Positions 52,110-63,935 of a stretch of 64,000 nt of DNA are shown here, piece after piece (within the stretch, counting starts at the first letter, position 1; every line of letters begins with the position of its first letter). This stretch comes from a virus: positions 1 to 64,000 of IMG/VR virus record IMGVR_UViG_3300042991_001118. One strand, written 5' to 3'. Both the position numbers and the translations under genes were made by a program. The notes beneath the pieces are model-generated. The model was not told the origin of the DNA, ran no database searches, and was given only the letters and a program-made list of their open reading frames with translations.

Positions 52110-52783
52110 TTATGATACATGATAAACAGTCTCATTCCTTGGCAGGCAACTAGTTACCTGCCTTATCTCACAACTGAATGGATTATATTCAATTTTTGGT
52201 TTTTTTATGGTCTGCTGGATAATAATCCATTCAGTTGTGTCCATTGAGACACGTATTGATATCTTAAGGGAATATGTCTCCCCGATATCTACGCTTTGCC
52301 TTCTCAATTCGTCCCCCAACATTTTAATCAGAGCGCATTTCATAATAGTTTCCCTCTAAATATTTTTGCTGTCACGATGGTGTATTCTTCCAGGATTTCA
52401 AAACACTTTTTTATAATTGGTGTCCCGTCGGGTATTCCATCCGATGCATAAAGTATCCAGTCTTCTTTCTGGATTTTATCGAATTTTTGATAGATATCAG
52501 GGGCATCGGTCGATGCCCAAATTTTTATGCATTTACCCGGATTGCCTTTTTGTGAAAATATCTGGATCGGAATTTTTTGGTTTGTCTTTGTTATCACGAT
52601 ATCCCCTATAAGAGATATCCTTCGTGCGAAAAACGATGTACCACGCTTTTCGAGATATTGCACCCTTTCACTTTTTTCTCGATTTTTAGATTTTGCATTC
52701 CTCCTCAACGCAATCTTTTGTTTCTTGAGATTTCGTGCGCTCTGATTGCGTATCCTTTGTTTTTTTAGACGTGGATTCTCCAT
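52110..52783 (-). CDS. Two hypothetical proteins (52110-52343, 52340-52783)
   Basis: ORF chain. Confidence 0.5.
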
Positions 52784-52791
52784 GTTCCCTC

Positions 52792-53403
52792 TTATTTTCT
52801 TATTGATGTATTTGAAAGAGTCAATGCCCTATTGTGGCGAATACAGGATTGGCATTCGCCACATGGTCTGGATTCGTCTCCTTGGCAAAACCAAATGTTT
52901 TCTAGGCATTTTTTTTGTACTTTGTCAGACATCATATTCTCTATGATTTCCGATTTTTCCATGTTAATTATTGGAAAGGAAATAGAGATGCCTTTTCTTG
53001 TTATCGAATTGTACTCAGAAGCGATCCCTTTAATTTCGTGGAGATATTGGATCGCCACATCTCCCGAAACATACCCAAGATAAAGAGTCTCTTCTGGCAT
53101 TGCATGTATTAGTCCTAAAAAAGCCCATATCGCGGGTTGTGCTATTCCATCTTCACCTGCTGGTCCAAGCCAGTATCTTTTGCTTTCATAAGAAAGAGAT
53201 ATTTCAGTATGAAAGAATTTCCAGCCCTCGTCATTGAGAATTTTTTTGATTTTATTTCGACTTCCCCTGCATTTCTTCGATCCAGATATCTGCGGGCAAT
53301 TGAGAGAAATTGTTCTAATTACATGTGGAGAATCTTGCTGTTCTATGAGCGTCTTTATCAAGAGATATGTACTGTCTAGTCCACCAGACCATAAAATCAA
53401 CAT
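52792..53403 (-). CDS. QueC-like PP-loop ATPase
   Basis: WSGGLDST, KSEI, WFC...PCGECQSC. Confidence 0.75.
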   Translation of the reverse strand: MLILWSGGLDSTYLLIKTLIEQQDSPHVIRTISLNCPQISGSKKCRGSRNKIKKILNDEGWKFFHTEISLSYESKRYWLGPAGEDGIAQPAIWAFLGLIHAMPEETLYLGYVSGDVAIQYLHEIKGIASEYNSITRKGISISFPIINMEKSEIIENMMSDKVQKKCLENIWFCQGDESRPCGECQSCIRHNRALTLSNTSIRK

Positions 53404-53416
53404 GTTTTATTTTCCT

Positions 53417-54633
53417 TTATGATATTGGGTTTGGTACCACTGGTTTTGGTTCAAGAAAAAATTCGATGAATTCAGCAGATGTTACCTTGTCTATATCTTT
53501 GGGATCGTCCGATGAGGTTTTTATTTTATAACCTAAAACATACATGTCTGAGACATTCAGACTTTTGGACTCGTACAGTGCCTTCGCGATATATCTGCAC
53601 GCCGAGTTTTTTCTGGGGCTGTCCAGTATCAATTGGCACTGAACAGATTCTATAACGGAATTTTTTGGTTTGTCTTTATATGTGCAGAGAAACGAAAATT
53701 CCTTTAGTATACCGATTGGATGTCCCTCCAGAAGAATGGGAATTTCTCCATGGTATTTTGCCACGATTTTAACAAATTCTTTATGCCAATCAATGCCCTG
53801 AATAGGCATTGGCAGCTTGATATTTACATATTCCATCGCTAATTTTCTCCTAACTTTTCCATCCTCTTATCAATTTCCATGGCGCATTCCATACAGCAAG
53901 TATGCATCTCTAGGATAGAGATTGCGCTAAATTTTACGGTACGGATATACCAATCTTTAGGCTGTATGGAACTCCCGTTAATATTTATCCTGGCAGGTTC
54001 CTGCTTTCCACATGCGTCACACTGGTATTTTACAGACATATTGTGTCCTTTTTACTGAGCCAACAAGAGTGTTGTCTTATCAGCCCAGATATCGTATTCG
54101 CTCGCATTCTTTTCGTAATCGATATATTTCTTCTCAATTTCTTGTAAAACATCTTGGTATTCATTTACATCAAGATGTTTTATTTGAGTTCTCTCCATCT
54201 GCTTTTCAATGAACTCTCTCTGCTTTTGTAAGGTTAAAATGTTGTCTTTTTGATATGGGAACAGAGGCAGAGTTTCCAATATTTCCACGGCATTTTTAAA
54301 TCCTTTTACATGCCTTCCCGTCCAGGTTTGGAGCAGATATGTATAGGCTTCTAAGAGGTATCCCAATAGTCGAAGACTCTTTATTATTGGTTCTATTTTT
54401 CGATGTGGTGGATCGACATCTTCTGTGGCATATGTCTTGTCTTTTTTATATTCTCCCTGTTCCAAATCCAGGGAATTTTTGATTCCATATATTAGAGGGA
54501 GAACCCTTGATTTTTTGTCAAGGAATCTGACGTTGATATATGGAATCAAAGATTCTATTTTTTCTGTTTTCATGTTTTGTCTTTTACCAGGAGAATATAT
54601 CCTGGCGTTCCTTCCCTGAAATATGCAGAACAA
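53417..54633 (-). CDS. Three hypothetical proteins (53417-53836, 53839-54039, 54052-54633)
   Basis: ORF chain. Confidence 0.55.
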
Positions 54634-55285
54634 CTTCTGTTGTCTTTTTCCTTAATCCTACGATTTCTCCCAGTTTAGACTTAAATGGCATCCAGTTTGC
54701 GCCAAGAGATTCGCATACTATTTTTTGTCCAAGTCTTGTTTCAATCCAGAATGCCAGGGCTTTATAGTCCAGGTTGTTCCCGACCTTATAGTTTTTCCCT
54801 GCAACTTGGTAAGGCGGATCGATGAACCAAGTTGCTTTTATGTCAGGTGACAGAAGATAACTGCCCTGGACGAATTTCCAATGGCGTATCTTATAGAGAT
54901 TTTCCGCTATGTATTTCAATCGTTTCCCTTGGGATTCTGGTCTATCTATCGTCCGCCATCTCGTAGGCATTCTCCTTGGACTTTCAGGCGCAGCCGAAAT
55001 AATAAAGCCAACTAGGTCTTTCTGTTCTTTGCAATCCCAGGAGAAGTCATCCACGCATTCTCCTAATTTCATTTGGCGTATCCCAAGGATATCTTTCTCG
55101 GTACACCCCTGTAGCCATTTCCAAAGATTGATAATGACATCATATGCGTCAACTAGAATGACATCATTCTCCCAATATCTCAAGGAATATTGTGCGCTTC
55201 CGGCGAATGGTTCAATGATCGTCGAGAATTCTGGTTTTGGATATTTTTTGGCCAGACGAAATTTAGAACCAAAATATGGGAACAT
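54584..55285 (-). CDS. Dam-like DNA adenine methyltransferase
   Basis: YFGSK, EPFAGS, DPPY. Confidence 0.85.
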   Translation of the reverse strand: MFPYFGSKFRLAKKYPKPEFSTIIEPFAGSAQYSLRYWENDVILVDAYDVIINLWKWLQGCTEKDILGIRQMKLGECVDDFSWDCKEQKDLVGFIISAAPESPRRMPTRWRTIDRPESQGKRLKYIAENLYKIRHWKFVQGSYLLSPDIKATWFIDPPYQVAGKNYKVGNNLDYKALAFWIETRLGQKIVCESLGANWMPFKSKLGEIVGLRKKTTEVVLHISGKERQDIFSW

Positions 55286-55289
55286 ATCT

Positions 55290-57119
55290 TTACTCCTTCA
55301 ACAAGGATTCCATTTTTTTAATGATTTCCAGCAGTTTTTCCTTTTCGCTCCTAATCTCTCTGGAAAGCAGGTAATGCGCAACGCTATATTCCACAGCCCA
55401 TTCGTCTACTTTGTACATTTTTGAACCAACTTTCAATTGACCTTTTCTTGGGGCATTGAAGTTTACTATGACGATTTTCTTTCCATTTTGGTATTGAGCA
55501 TAGCCTTCACTAATATCTTCTTTCACGAATTTTATTTTTTGCAATCCATTTTTACATGGATTTTTGAGCAAAAATAGTTCATTTGGGTATTCCATATTTA
55601 GTCCTTTAAATAGGCTGCAAAATATTCCATTTTCCCTGGTCCATAAGTGTGCGATTTTACTCTAATTTTTACGGAGGAATCTTCTATAACATGAAAAGAA
55701 TCAAAGAGCATTTCTGTACTTAGAATATTTTCTAATGCTTTAAGACATGGCAGAAATAATTTCGTCCTGTCTATAAATTCTGTTTTCAAAATAGGTTCAA
55801 AATTCATATAAAATATATGGTGAACTACTGGGGGATTCCCCACAAGGGAACTTTCGTTTTCATATTTTGAGTAGTGGGAAAACAATATATGGTTTTCTCT
55901 TGCCTTTAAATAACTGAAGAGAAACGACCTATTTTGTGGCTTATTGTCTATTTCTTCCTTTCCGTTTCCACCCTCTCGTTCTATACATAGTTTTTCTAAC
56001 GCTCTCTCATCCATTTAGCATCCTCTCTTTCCATCTTTATCGCTTCTTGTTCTGCCTCGTATCTGATAAACCACCACCAGAACTTTCCATCTTCTGTTGT
56101 TTCCCATTCCCCAGTTTTCCAGGATTCCCATTTCTTCTCCCATTTGCGCACCATTGCTTCGTCGCTCATGGTGTCGCATCCTTCGCAAGTGATGGGATTC
56201 CCAAAGATTTTTTTATGATTTGTCGTGATGATTCGGAAATAATCTCCCAGAACGAATTTCTTTCCACAGAATGCACACCTACAATACTCTCCAGGCTTAC
56301 CACGAAGCCACCTAGATTTTAAATGTGATTCCGCTATGCGTTGTGGTTTTCCATGAAATTGCATTTTTTCCAATCCTTCTCTGCAATAATTTTGCTGCGT
56401 AACAAGAATTCTTCTACGTCCTGTAGAAGCGTTTTCTTGATGGATGCTGATTTGGTAATCGCAAAGCGCACTTTGTTTTCCTGTAAAGAATTTTCTACAG
56501 GGACATATATCAGGGTGCAGAGGAATCCAGTGGTTCCAAGTCCCAATTTTGGAACCGTGCATTGCAGCAAATTTGGGACAAAAACTACTTCTAGTCTTAC
56601 CCGATAAAGTCTAGATTTCAAATGGGATTCTAAGTTTTCTAAAATATCCATATTCCTCCTATGAGGTCGCGTATTGCGACCTCTCCTTTAGAATGGGCAT
56701 TCAGGTTTTGTTGACGGTTGGAGAATTTTTTCTTCTGTTTGTGGATATTCTATCCCAGATATTTGTGCTGTTTTTAGTGGTAAAGGTATCTTTAAAGGCA
56801 CTTCTTGTTTTACGATTTTTTTTGGCTTTGTCTTGTGTTTTTGTTCTTCCGCTGAGACGTACGAATACGAAAGAACAATCCCATCCTTCAATTGAAGGAA
56901 AAATTTTGCGATTAAATAAACATCTCCCGTAGAATACTCCACAGTGGAACTCTCATGAATTCCCTTCCCGCATAAGTATCCCACTCTCTCATCAGATGGG
57001 GAGTCCTCGGCAATTACCTTCCCACCCGACATGATTTTAAAGGTACCTGGGACTATCGGAGTAAACTCCGTCTTCCCAATAATTTTGGTTTGGCACATTG
57101 ATTCTTTCTTGATATTCAC
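55290..57119 (-). CDS. Five hypothetical proteins (55290-55595, 55598-56014, 55996-56364, 56334-56651, 56688-57119)
   Basis: ORF chain; the third has CxxC pairs. Confidence 0.5.
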
Positions 57120-57228
57120 TTATTTTTCCTCCAGGTTAAGATGTTTTCTTGCATCTCATACAAAAAACTTTGTTATTTTGTCTCTCTATCGTCATACGAG
57201 ACCCACAATTTGGACAAGGTTTCATTTT

Positions 57229-57924
57229 TTATCCCCAAAATAATCTTTTGATTTCCTCACAAGAAGTGTTTAAAACCTCTTCTTGTCCCTTCGCTGCGTC
57301 TATCTCTACAATTTTCGTCATGGGCGGGACATGAGAGAAGACGTACTTGTAGTTTTCCTTCACATTTTCGAGTGTCGCATCGAAAATGTCGCTATGTTGC
57401 CCATCTCGCGATTTTCTTCTTTTCCCTGCGACCTCAATCGGCAAATTGAGATACAGCACGATATCTGGTAGAGGTATTGAAGAGAAAGACATTCCATTTA
57501 TTCCGATCAGCCAAGACCAAAGACTCCGGTCCTTGTCCAGTTGGTATGCTAGCGTTGAGTATACATACCTGTCACAGATAATGTTGTACCCAGACAATAA
57601 TGCCGGGCGCAGCACGTTATTGATATGATCTATCCTGTCAGCCGCAAAGAGCAGCGATAGCTCGGCGATTGCTAATTCATTGTATGTTTTTGCTGCTGAT
57701 GGGTTATTTAAACCCTCTGCCGTAAAGAGGGAAGTCCTTCCCGTGATGAATTGCTTTAAAAGACATCCAACCGGACCGTCCGTTGGCTCTTTTGTTCCTA
57801 ATATTGGGACTTCTTTACTTTTAAAGTATGACACGATCCCTTTTTGGAGCGTCGTGATTCCGCTACCATCAATACCTTCTATCACGATAAATTTCCCAAT
57901 ATTCATACGTATTCCTCTTTCCAT
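57229..57924 (-). CDS. tmk: Thymidylate kinase
   Basis: FIVIEGIDGSG.TT, EPT, LLFAADR, CDRY..S.LAYQ, PD. Confidence 0.85.
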   Translation of the reverse strand: MERGIRMNIGKFIVIEGIDGSGITTLQKGIVSYFKSKEVPILGTKEPTDGPVGCLLKQFITGRTSLFTAEGLNNPSAAKTYNELAIAELSLLFAADRIDHINNVLRPALLSGYNIICDRYVYSTLAYQLDKDRSLWSWLIGINGMSFSSIPLPDIVLYLNLPIEVAGKRRKSRDGQHSDIFDATLENVKENYKYVFSHVPPMTKIVEIDAAKGQEEVLNTSCEEIKRLFWG

Positions 57925-58202
57925 CTTGGTCGTAATAGAGGGAAGGCGTTCTTGTGGTTCCCCTTTAGCATGTCAAATAACATATACCCTAGTCCTAGTG
58001 ACTTCAATCCAAAATCTCCTTTCAATTCTTTCAAAAACTCTTTACACAAATCCTCCGGTGGTTCAGATTTAAACACCAAGATTCCATTGATGTTTAAATC
58101 TGGATTTTTTAAAAACATTACAAAACCACCGCCACTTTCTAAATTTGGCTTTGGATCGAATACAAGCCTTTTATATTGGCTTTGTTGTTCTAGAATAGGC
58201 AT
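57903..58202 (-). CDS. Hypothetical protein
   Basis: 99-aa ORF in the chain. Confidence 0.45.
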   Translation of the reverse strand: MPILEQQSQYKRLVFDPKPNLESGGGFVMFLKNPDLNINGILVFKSEPPEDLCKEFLKELKGDFGLKSLGLGYMLFDMLKGNHKNAFPLLRPRWKEEYV

Positions 58203-59089
58203 TTTTTGCCCTCCATGTAACTAAAAATATGCGCAACTACATCTACGGTCCACCCATTCCCCAGCATTTTATACCTCTGAAAATTTGATACACCATAGGT
58301 GTACCCAATCGGGACGGTCTGTAATTTTTCGCACTCTTCCGGGGTGAACTTCCGTAGCTCTCCGTGGACGTTTATTTTATTATTTTCTATCCAACTACCG
58401 TTGGATGTAATGGTTGGTGTAATGTCAAAAAACTTTTTACCTTTGTTGTATCCATGTGCCCTTTGGTCTACATAGACCATCGTCCTCTGCGATCTACCTC
58501 GCAGATAGTCGTTTCTCCCACATTTAGCATACGTTGCCGTTAAGCAGTATGCTAACTGTCGGTCTACCATGCCGGATTCGATTATGTCTTCCAGCACGAC
58601 ATTTCTCTTATCCGGTTGCGGAAAAGGCCAATTCGCCCAATACATTCTTTTCCTAGACTGTGCTGAGACTAAGGAGGAATCGACCTTTACTGGACGTATC
58701 CCTATCCTGTCTGAAATCACATCTAGCCATTCTTGTTTCATGCATACGTTTTCTAAAAAAACGTATTTTGGCTTTATCGCTTGGACAATAGAGATAAATT
58801 CCAGAACCAACTGACTTCTTGGGTCTTTAAATCCCAGGGATTTACCACATATTGAAAACCCCTGGCATGGAGACCCACCCATGACTAAATCGATTTTCGG
58901 TAGCGTTCCGATCCAATCACTCCACTCCTTGATATCTCCAAGCTGAATCGTGGAGGGGAAATTTTTCTGGGTAATCGAAATACAATATTTATCGGTCTCT
59001 GACGAAAAATATTGATCTACCGGAATCCCTGCTTTTTTTAGTGCTATCTGTCCACACGACATCCCATCGAAACAAGACAAAACATTCAT
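58190..59089 (-). CDS. C5 cytosine DNA methyltransferase
   Basis: FDG, GGSPCQ, ENV, Q.R.R, LGNGW. Confidence 0.92.
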   Translation of the reverse strand: MNVLSCFDGMSCGQIALKKAGIPVDQYFSSETDKYCISITQKNFPSTIQLGDIKEWSDWIGTLPKIDLVMGGSPCQGFSICGKSLGFKDPRSQLVLEFISIVQAIKPKYVFLENVCMKQEWLDVISDRIGIRPVKVDSSLVSAQSRKRMYWANWPFPQPDKRNVVLEDIIESGMVDRQLAYCLTATYAKCGRNDYLRGRSQRTMVYVDQRAHGYNKGKKFFDITPTITSNGSWIENNKINVHGELRKFTPEECEKLQTVPIGYTYGVSNFQRYKMLGNGWTVDVVAHIFSYMEGKKCLF

Positions 59090-59113
59090 GTCTAATCCTC
59101 CTTTCTAAGGATG

Positions 59114-59142
59114 ATTGTACCTGTTTTGTCTTGTATTGTCAA
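59114..59142 (-). promoter_or_regulatory. sigma70 promoter
   Basis: TTGACA-17-TACAAT. Confidence 0.7.
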
Positions 59143-59211
59143 GAATAAAATTATAAAAAATATAGCATAAAGGTTAAGAAAATTTTATATGCTATATTTT
59201 TTATTAGGATG

Positions 59212-61114
59212 TTATCCGTTTAGGATTTGCCGGATAAAATTCTGTTTCTGTCGTGATAGTAAATGTTCCAATATCTCGAAGACATCTGGTTCTATTGCAT
59301 AAAGCAATTCTAGGATTCTAGCATGTGCGGATACCTGCCCAAATTCTTTATCTATTGCTTTTGGCAGAAGTATCGGACCTGGTGTATAGAGCGCGTCTAC
59401 TTTGATTTCATAGCTGGTGTAAATCCATGGGAGTTTGAATTTTTTTGCTAAAATCAATTCTGGATATTTCTCCAGGTATACATCTTTTTCATATCCAACT
59501 GGCAAGACCGTCGTCCCGATTGGAAGGATTTGCCATGTGGATTTTTTCCATTTTTTATTTTTTGCCCAGTACTGGACATGCAGAGCCTCTTTTAACAAAA
59601 TCCACTCGTTATTTTTTGTACACCATTTCCCCCAATATTCAAGCCTTTCCGCCACGGTATTAAATGAAATTAAGTCTCCAATAGAAGCTACAGAGATTTT
59701 ATCTTCTGTGATATTCCTGTTTTTAATAACAGAATTTACCCAATCAATCGAGCTTCCTCGTGGAATAGAAAATCCTATCATATCAATTTCCTTGGCCAAT
59801 ATTGTACACATTCATGTCCATTGGCTAAAAAACACTCCGTTGTATGGAACCTATTTAGTTTAATAGCAAAATCGATATCGTCTTTTTTTGCGATTAAATC
59901 TGGGAGAACGCCAGAAAACAAACGCTCTTCTGGCATCCTGCAATCGAAACAACGTACACATATAAATTTTCGGAACACTACCATTTTGGATATTGGGACA
60001 TCTTTGTCTAAATTTGGGACATTTTTGTCTGGAGTAGATGCCGTGGTATACCAAGCCTTCTGTGGAATTTTGTTCCCAGACAATGCGATAATGCAGAGAA
60101 TTTCATTACAAGAATCAATAAAGCCTAAATCTAGCATGGCTTTGTGTATTTCGTTAGGTTTACTGATTGGTGATATTCCAATTTTTTTATTCAATACATG
60201 TTCGGACATGACATGCCACATTGCCTTACCCTCGAAATATATCCTTTAGTCTACTTGGTGGTGATTCTTGTTCTTTTTGTTTTTGCTTGCCAGTTTCTTG
60301 TTCCGGTTGTTCGACGGTTGCGCCACTATTTAGCAACAAGAGAGAGACAATTGAGTCTAGTGAATCTTTGATTTCCTGCAAAGTCTTCATGACTTTGTCG
60401 TCTGTTTCATGTGAAAGGATGGCTGAAATAACTTTGCAAACGTATACTTTGTCCTGGCTATTGCCATTCTTGGCATACAAAATCAATTCTGGAATTAACC
60501 CAGCCAGATCAAATCCGGTATCTTTAAGCTGTACTTTTATCCCAGTTCCATAGAGAAGTTGTAGGGCAGATTCTTTTTCATCATGCACCTGGCTAAACAT
60601 CATTTCTTTCAGAAAATTTAACAAATTATCCATTTCCGAACTCCAATATTTCCGTAAGGACTTCCTTTGATTTTTGTTTTGACTTTGGAATAGATTCCTG
60701 AGATTTGGAAATTGTATTTTCCAATACCTTCACGCTTTTCCAAAGCTGCATGATTTGCATTTCTTGTTTCACGTCTTCTGAGTTTAGATTCCCTGCCATG
60801 GATTTCAATGATTCGATAGATAGAGTTGTTTCCCTAACGGAGGATAATTCATGTCCCAATGAGGACACCTTTTGCTCCAATATAGAAACCCTAGAAATCA
60901 AAGCTATCACCTCCTGCGATAGCTTGTCGTTAATAATGACTTCTAGCCTTTCCCTTGTTAGGGAGTCTAGTCTTTTTAACAGTGCTTCGGATTCTGGGTC
61001 TTTGTCGCTTTTGATTTCAGTATTGAATGCCTGGAAAATTGGCTTTATGATAGTCCGCATAATCCAAACGATAATTCCTACTTTGTCCGACATAAATACA
61101 CCTTCCCATATCAC
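59212..61114 (-). CDS. Four hypothetical proteins (59212-59811, 59778-60221, 60226-60633, 60626-61114)
   Basis: ORF chain downstream of the kinase. Confidence 0.55.
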
Positions 61115-62163
61115 TTTGTTTCGTCCTTAATTGGGGCAAAATTTAGGACGTTTTCCTTGGCCATTTGCATTAGAAGTTCCCATTCGGCCAAATTCATGTT
61201 AAATATTTTTTTTACCTTTCCCGTGTTCCCCCCACACAGGATTAAAAAATCAGAAAATGCCCTAGCTACAGACAACGCATCTTGCGCTATGATTTTCTTT
61301 TCTTCTCCAAGATTAAATTCTGGGAATGCGTCTATAATGTCCTGAAAAAATTCGACAGTATTTCCTGGTCTTCGTTCTCTATCATCTTGCCATGCTTTTG
61401 GCAAGGTCATTAGGAGTTCTACCGGGAGATTTTCTGGGGCAAATTCATCGTCATTCGCAACCATGAAATAACATATCTTTGCGAGTGCAAAGATATCTGC
61501 TCTTTCATCGACATTCCCAGCGTCCTCCATCTGTTCTGGTGCGGCATATCCAGGCGTGCCAAGAATTGCATTAGTCCTCGTCAGGACATTTTCTATTCCA
61601 GACATCGCTATACCGAAATCTATGAGCTTTGCCTGTCCAGATTCCGTTATGATGATATTGTCAGGTTTTAAGTCCCGATGCACGACGTTATATGAATGCA
61701 GTAGCCCGACTCCCTGCACTATTTGTTTAAATAACAACAACTTGTCTTTTAGAGACAAGGACGCACCCTGTGTTTGTATATATTTTCTTAGGTTGCTTCC
61801 TTTGCAATACTCGCATACAAAGTAGAATGGGGATTCTCTTAAGTCATATACCAGGGGGAATGGAGGAATTCTTCCAGACAAGATTTCACTATCTGATATC
61901 GTTGCCATTATTCTAGTGCTTCTGATAAACCTTTTTTCGTTCTCTTGACTGAGGTCAGGGAGTCTAATATTGAGAACTCTCTTTTGATTCAAAAGCATGT
62001 CTTTGTATAAAATGACTAGTTTTTCAGATCCCATTCCGAGGGTTTCTAAATACTCTCCCTGTGGTACGCAATCCCGTATCATGGAATTTGCATACATATC
62101 GACATTCCCAGCCATGAAGAGTTTTAATTTTTCGTAAAAATTTTTGTCTTTTCTCCCCAACAT
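61111..62163 (-). CDS. Hanks-type Ser/Thr protein kinase with an atypical N-lobe
   Basis: HRDLKPDN, DFG, GTPGYAAPE, DIFA, RRP. Confidence 0.9.
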   Translation of the reverse strand: MLGRKDKNFYEKLKLFMAGNVDMYANSMIRDCVPQGEYLETLGMGSEKLVILYKDMLLNQKRVLNIRLPDLSQENEKRFIRSTRIMATISDSEILSGRIPPFPLVYDLRESPFYFVCEYCKGSNLRKYIQTQGASLSLKDKLLLFKQIVQGVGLLHSYNVVHRDLKPDNIIITESGQAKLIDFGIAMSGIENVLTRTNAILGTPGYAAPEQMEDAGNVDERADIFALAKICYFMVANDDEFAPENLPVELLMTLPKAWQDDRERRPGNTVEFFQDIIDAFPEFNLGEEKKIIAQDALSVARAFSDFLILCGGNTGKVKKIFNMNLAEWELLMQMAKENVLNFAPIKDETK

Positions 62164-62173
62164 AGTTCGCTCC

Positions 62174-63658
62174 TCATTTACTTGGTGTGGGGTTTTTCTT
62201 TTCTTCTATTGGTGTCCATTTACAGACAACTCCACCAGAATTTTTTAAAAGCAAATCTTTAAATTCGATTGGAGTTTTTTTCTTATCGAAATAATCTACC
62301 AAAGTTTGTGGATCCGTGGTGGACAGAACACATATCGTCTCTTCTGTTAATCCAGAAAATTGAGATTCTGCATTGACCTTGTCTTTTATCCCAGAACCCC
62401 ATTTTGCCCTAGACTCTGAATAGAACGCCGAGTTTTTATTTTTTGTTTTTAATACGATATTGCATTCTTCAAGTCCTATAAAATTGGCAGAATTTCCTAA
62501 AATAGAGACGATTCCGATAGAGCAAATAGCTTTTCCGCGAAGTTGGGGACACCAGTACGAGTCTAATTTATGCAAAAATAATGGGCCAGAACTATAAACA
62601 AATTCTGTAGTTTGTATCAGAGAGAATAGCCCAGCGAATAGCATAAGCTGTGTTGTAAAATCTCCTCCTGTTTGGTTCTGGAAGGAACAAAAAATTAAAT
62701 TATTGCTGTTGTCTACGCCTTTCTTCCCTATCGAAAAATTTTGCAATTGCTTATCAAATGCAGTACACGTGATATTGGTATCCACATCGAATCTTTGCAG
62801 CGATAAAATCATTGTTGCAGCTTGTTGTCTCACGGTTTCTTGATATAGCAAGACAGAGAAAACCCCTTCCATTCCGGGCATTAAGGCACTTAAAAGCAAT
62901 AAGTCTTCTTGTGTTAGGGCTTCTTTGTCCTCTAATGTGTCAATGTATAGAATTCCGATAAGTGTATCGCTATGGAACATAGGAAAGCATATGGAGCTAC
63001 AAACCTTATTTTCAACAATGCTCCTGGATAGGTCGTCAGGGTCTTCGACTTCTGTTGTCGAGAATCTTTTTGCTTCTTTCGTCTCCCAAACTTGATCTAA
63101 GATATACCGTGGCGGAACGAAGTTTTGTGGTGCTTTTGCTACGATAGGTATCCATTTTTTATTATCTACACGGTATACCACGCCACGATTGATATGGAAA
63201 TTTTGTTCTAGGAAGTCCAATAAAAATTTTGAAAATTGTGAAAGACTCCTGGGCATCCGGTTAAAAAAATCGCGTGACAATTTTTCTGCCACGTTCTTTT
63301 TATTGATTAGCTCCACGCCAATAGCCCGGACCTTACTTGTCTCCATTCTCCTGGTAGCCTGAGCTTCGTCTTTAAAAATTACAATGCACCCCTGTTTGGG
63401 ATGCCCCAAGACAATCACGTCGTTGTGATTTATCTTTATCGTGCTACTTGGTGCGATGGATACCCCATTGACCCAGGTGGATCCATCTAGAGTTTCCATT
63501 ATGACGCTTTCTGAATCGCGTCGTATTCTCGCATGTGCTGCCGATACGTTTTTACATTTTAATCCTAATGCTTGTAGCCATTCTAGGCTAAAAATGACAG
63601 GGTCATCACCTAGTATGATATTTTTCCCTGATTCTTGCAAGACGATATATGCGGGCAT
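62174..63658 (-). CDS. FHA-like + GAF + degenerate C-terminal (SpoIIE-like?) protein
   Basis: VSAAHARI...GSTWVNG...DVIVLG; SSICFPM...IGILYID...TQEDL. Confidence 0.7.
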   Translation of the reverse strand: MPAYIVLQESGKNIILGDDPVIFSLEWLQALGLKCKNVSAAHARIRRDSESVIMETLDGSTWVNGVSIAPSSTIKINHNDVIVLGHPKQGCIVIFKDEAQATRRMETSKVRAIGVELINKKNVAEKLSRDFFNRMPRSLSQFSKFLLDFLEQNFHINRGVVYRVDNKKWIPIVAKAPQNFVPPRYILDQVWETKEAKRFSTTEVEDPDDLSRSIVENKVCSSICFPMFHSDTLIGILYIDTLEDKEALTQEDLLLLSALMPGMEGVFSVLLYQETVRQQAATMILSLQRFDVDTNITCTAFDKQLQNFSIGKKGVDNSNNLIFCSFQNQTGGDFTTQLMLFAGLFSLIQTTEFVYSSGPLFLHKLDSYWCPQLRGKAICSIGIVSILGNSANFIGLEECNIVLKTKNKNSAFYSESRAKWGSGIKDKVNAESQFSGLTEETICVLSTTDPQTLVDYFDKKKTPIEFKDLLLKNSGGVVCKWTPIEEKKNPTPSK

Positions 63659-63662
63659 GCCT

Positions 63663-63935
63663 TTACCCCTTTCTCTTCGTCACCCAGACCTTTACTTTGT
63701 CTTCACGCTCTTCTGATGCGTTTAATTGCAAACATCTGATGACGCAAACAACAAAAACACCATGCAACGCGATGTATTTTGTATTGTTAGACGAAAAGTC
63801 AATCCCGAATAAAATTGCGGAGAACATGAGAAGGAAAATCAACAACATGAATGTTGAAGACCACAAAACAAACATAAATCCTTTCGTCGCTACGATAAAT
63901 TCGTACAACAAGGAAGCAAATTTTTTCTGCACCAC
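63663..63935 (-). CDS. Small membrane protein
   Basis: Two hydrophobic segments; start uncertain. Confidence 0.45.
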   Translation of the reverse strand: MVQKKFASLLYEFIVATKGFMFVLWSSTFMLLIFLLMFSAILFGIDFSSNNTKYIALHGVFVVCVIRCLQLNASEEREDKVKVWVTKRKG

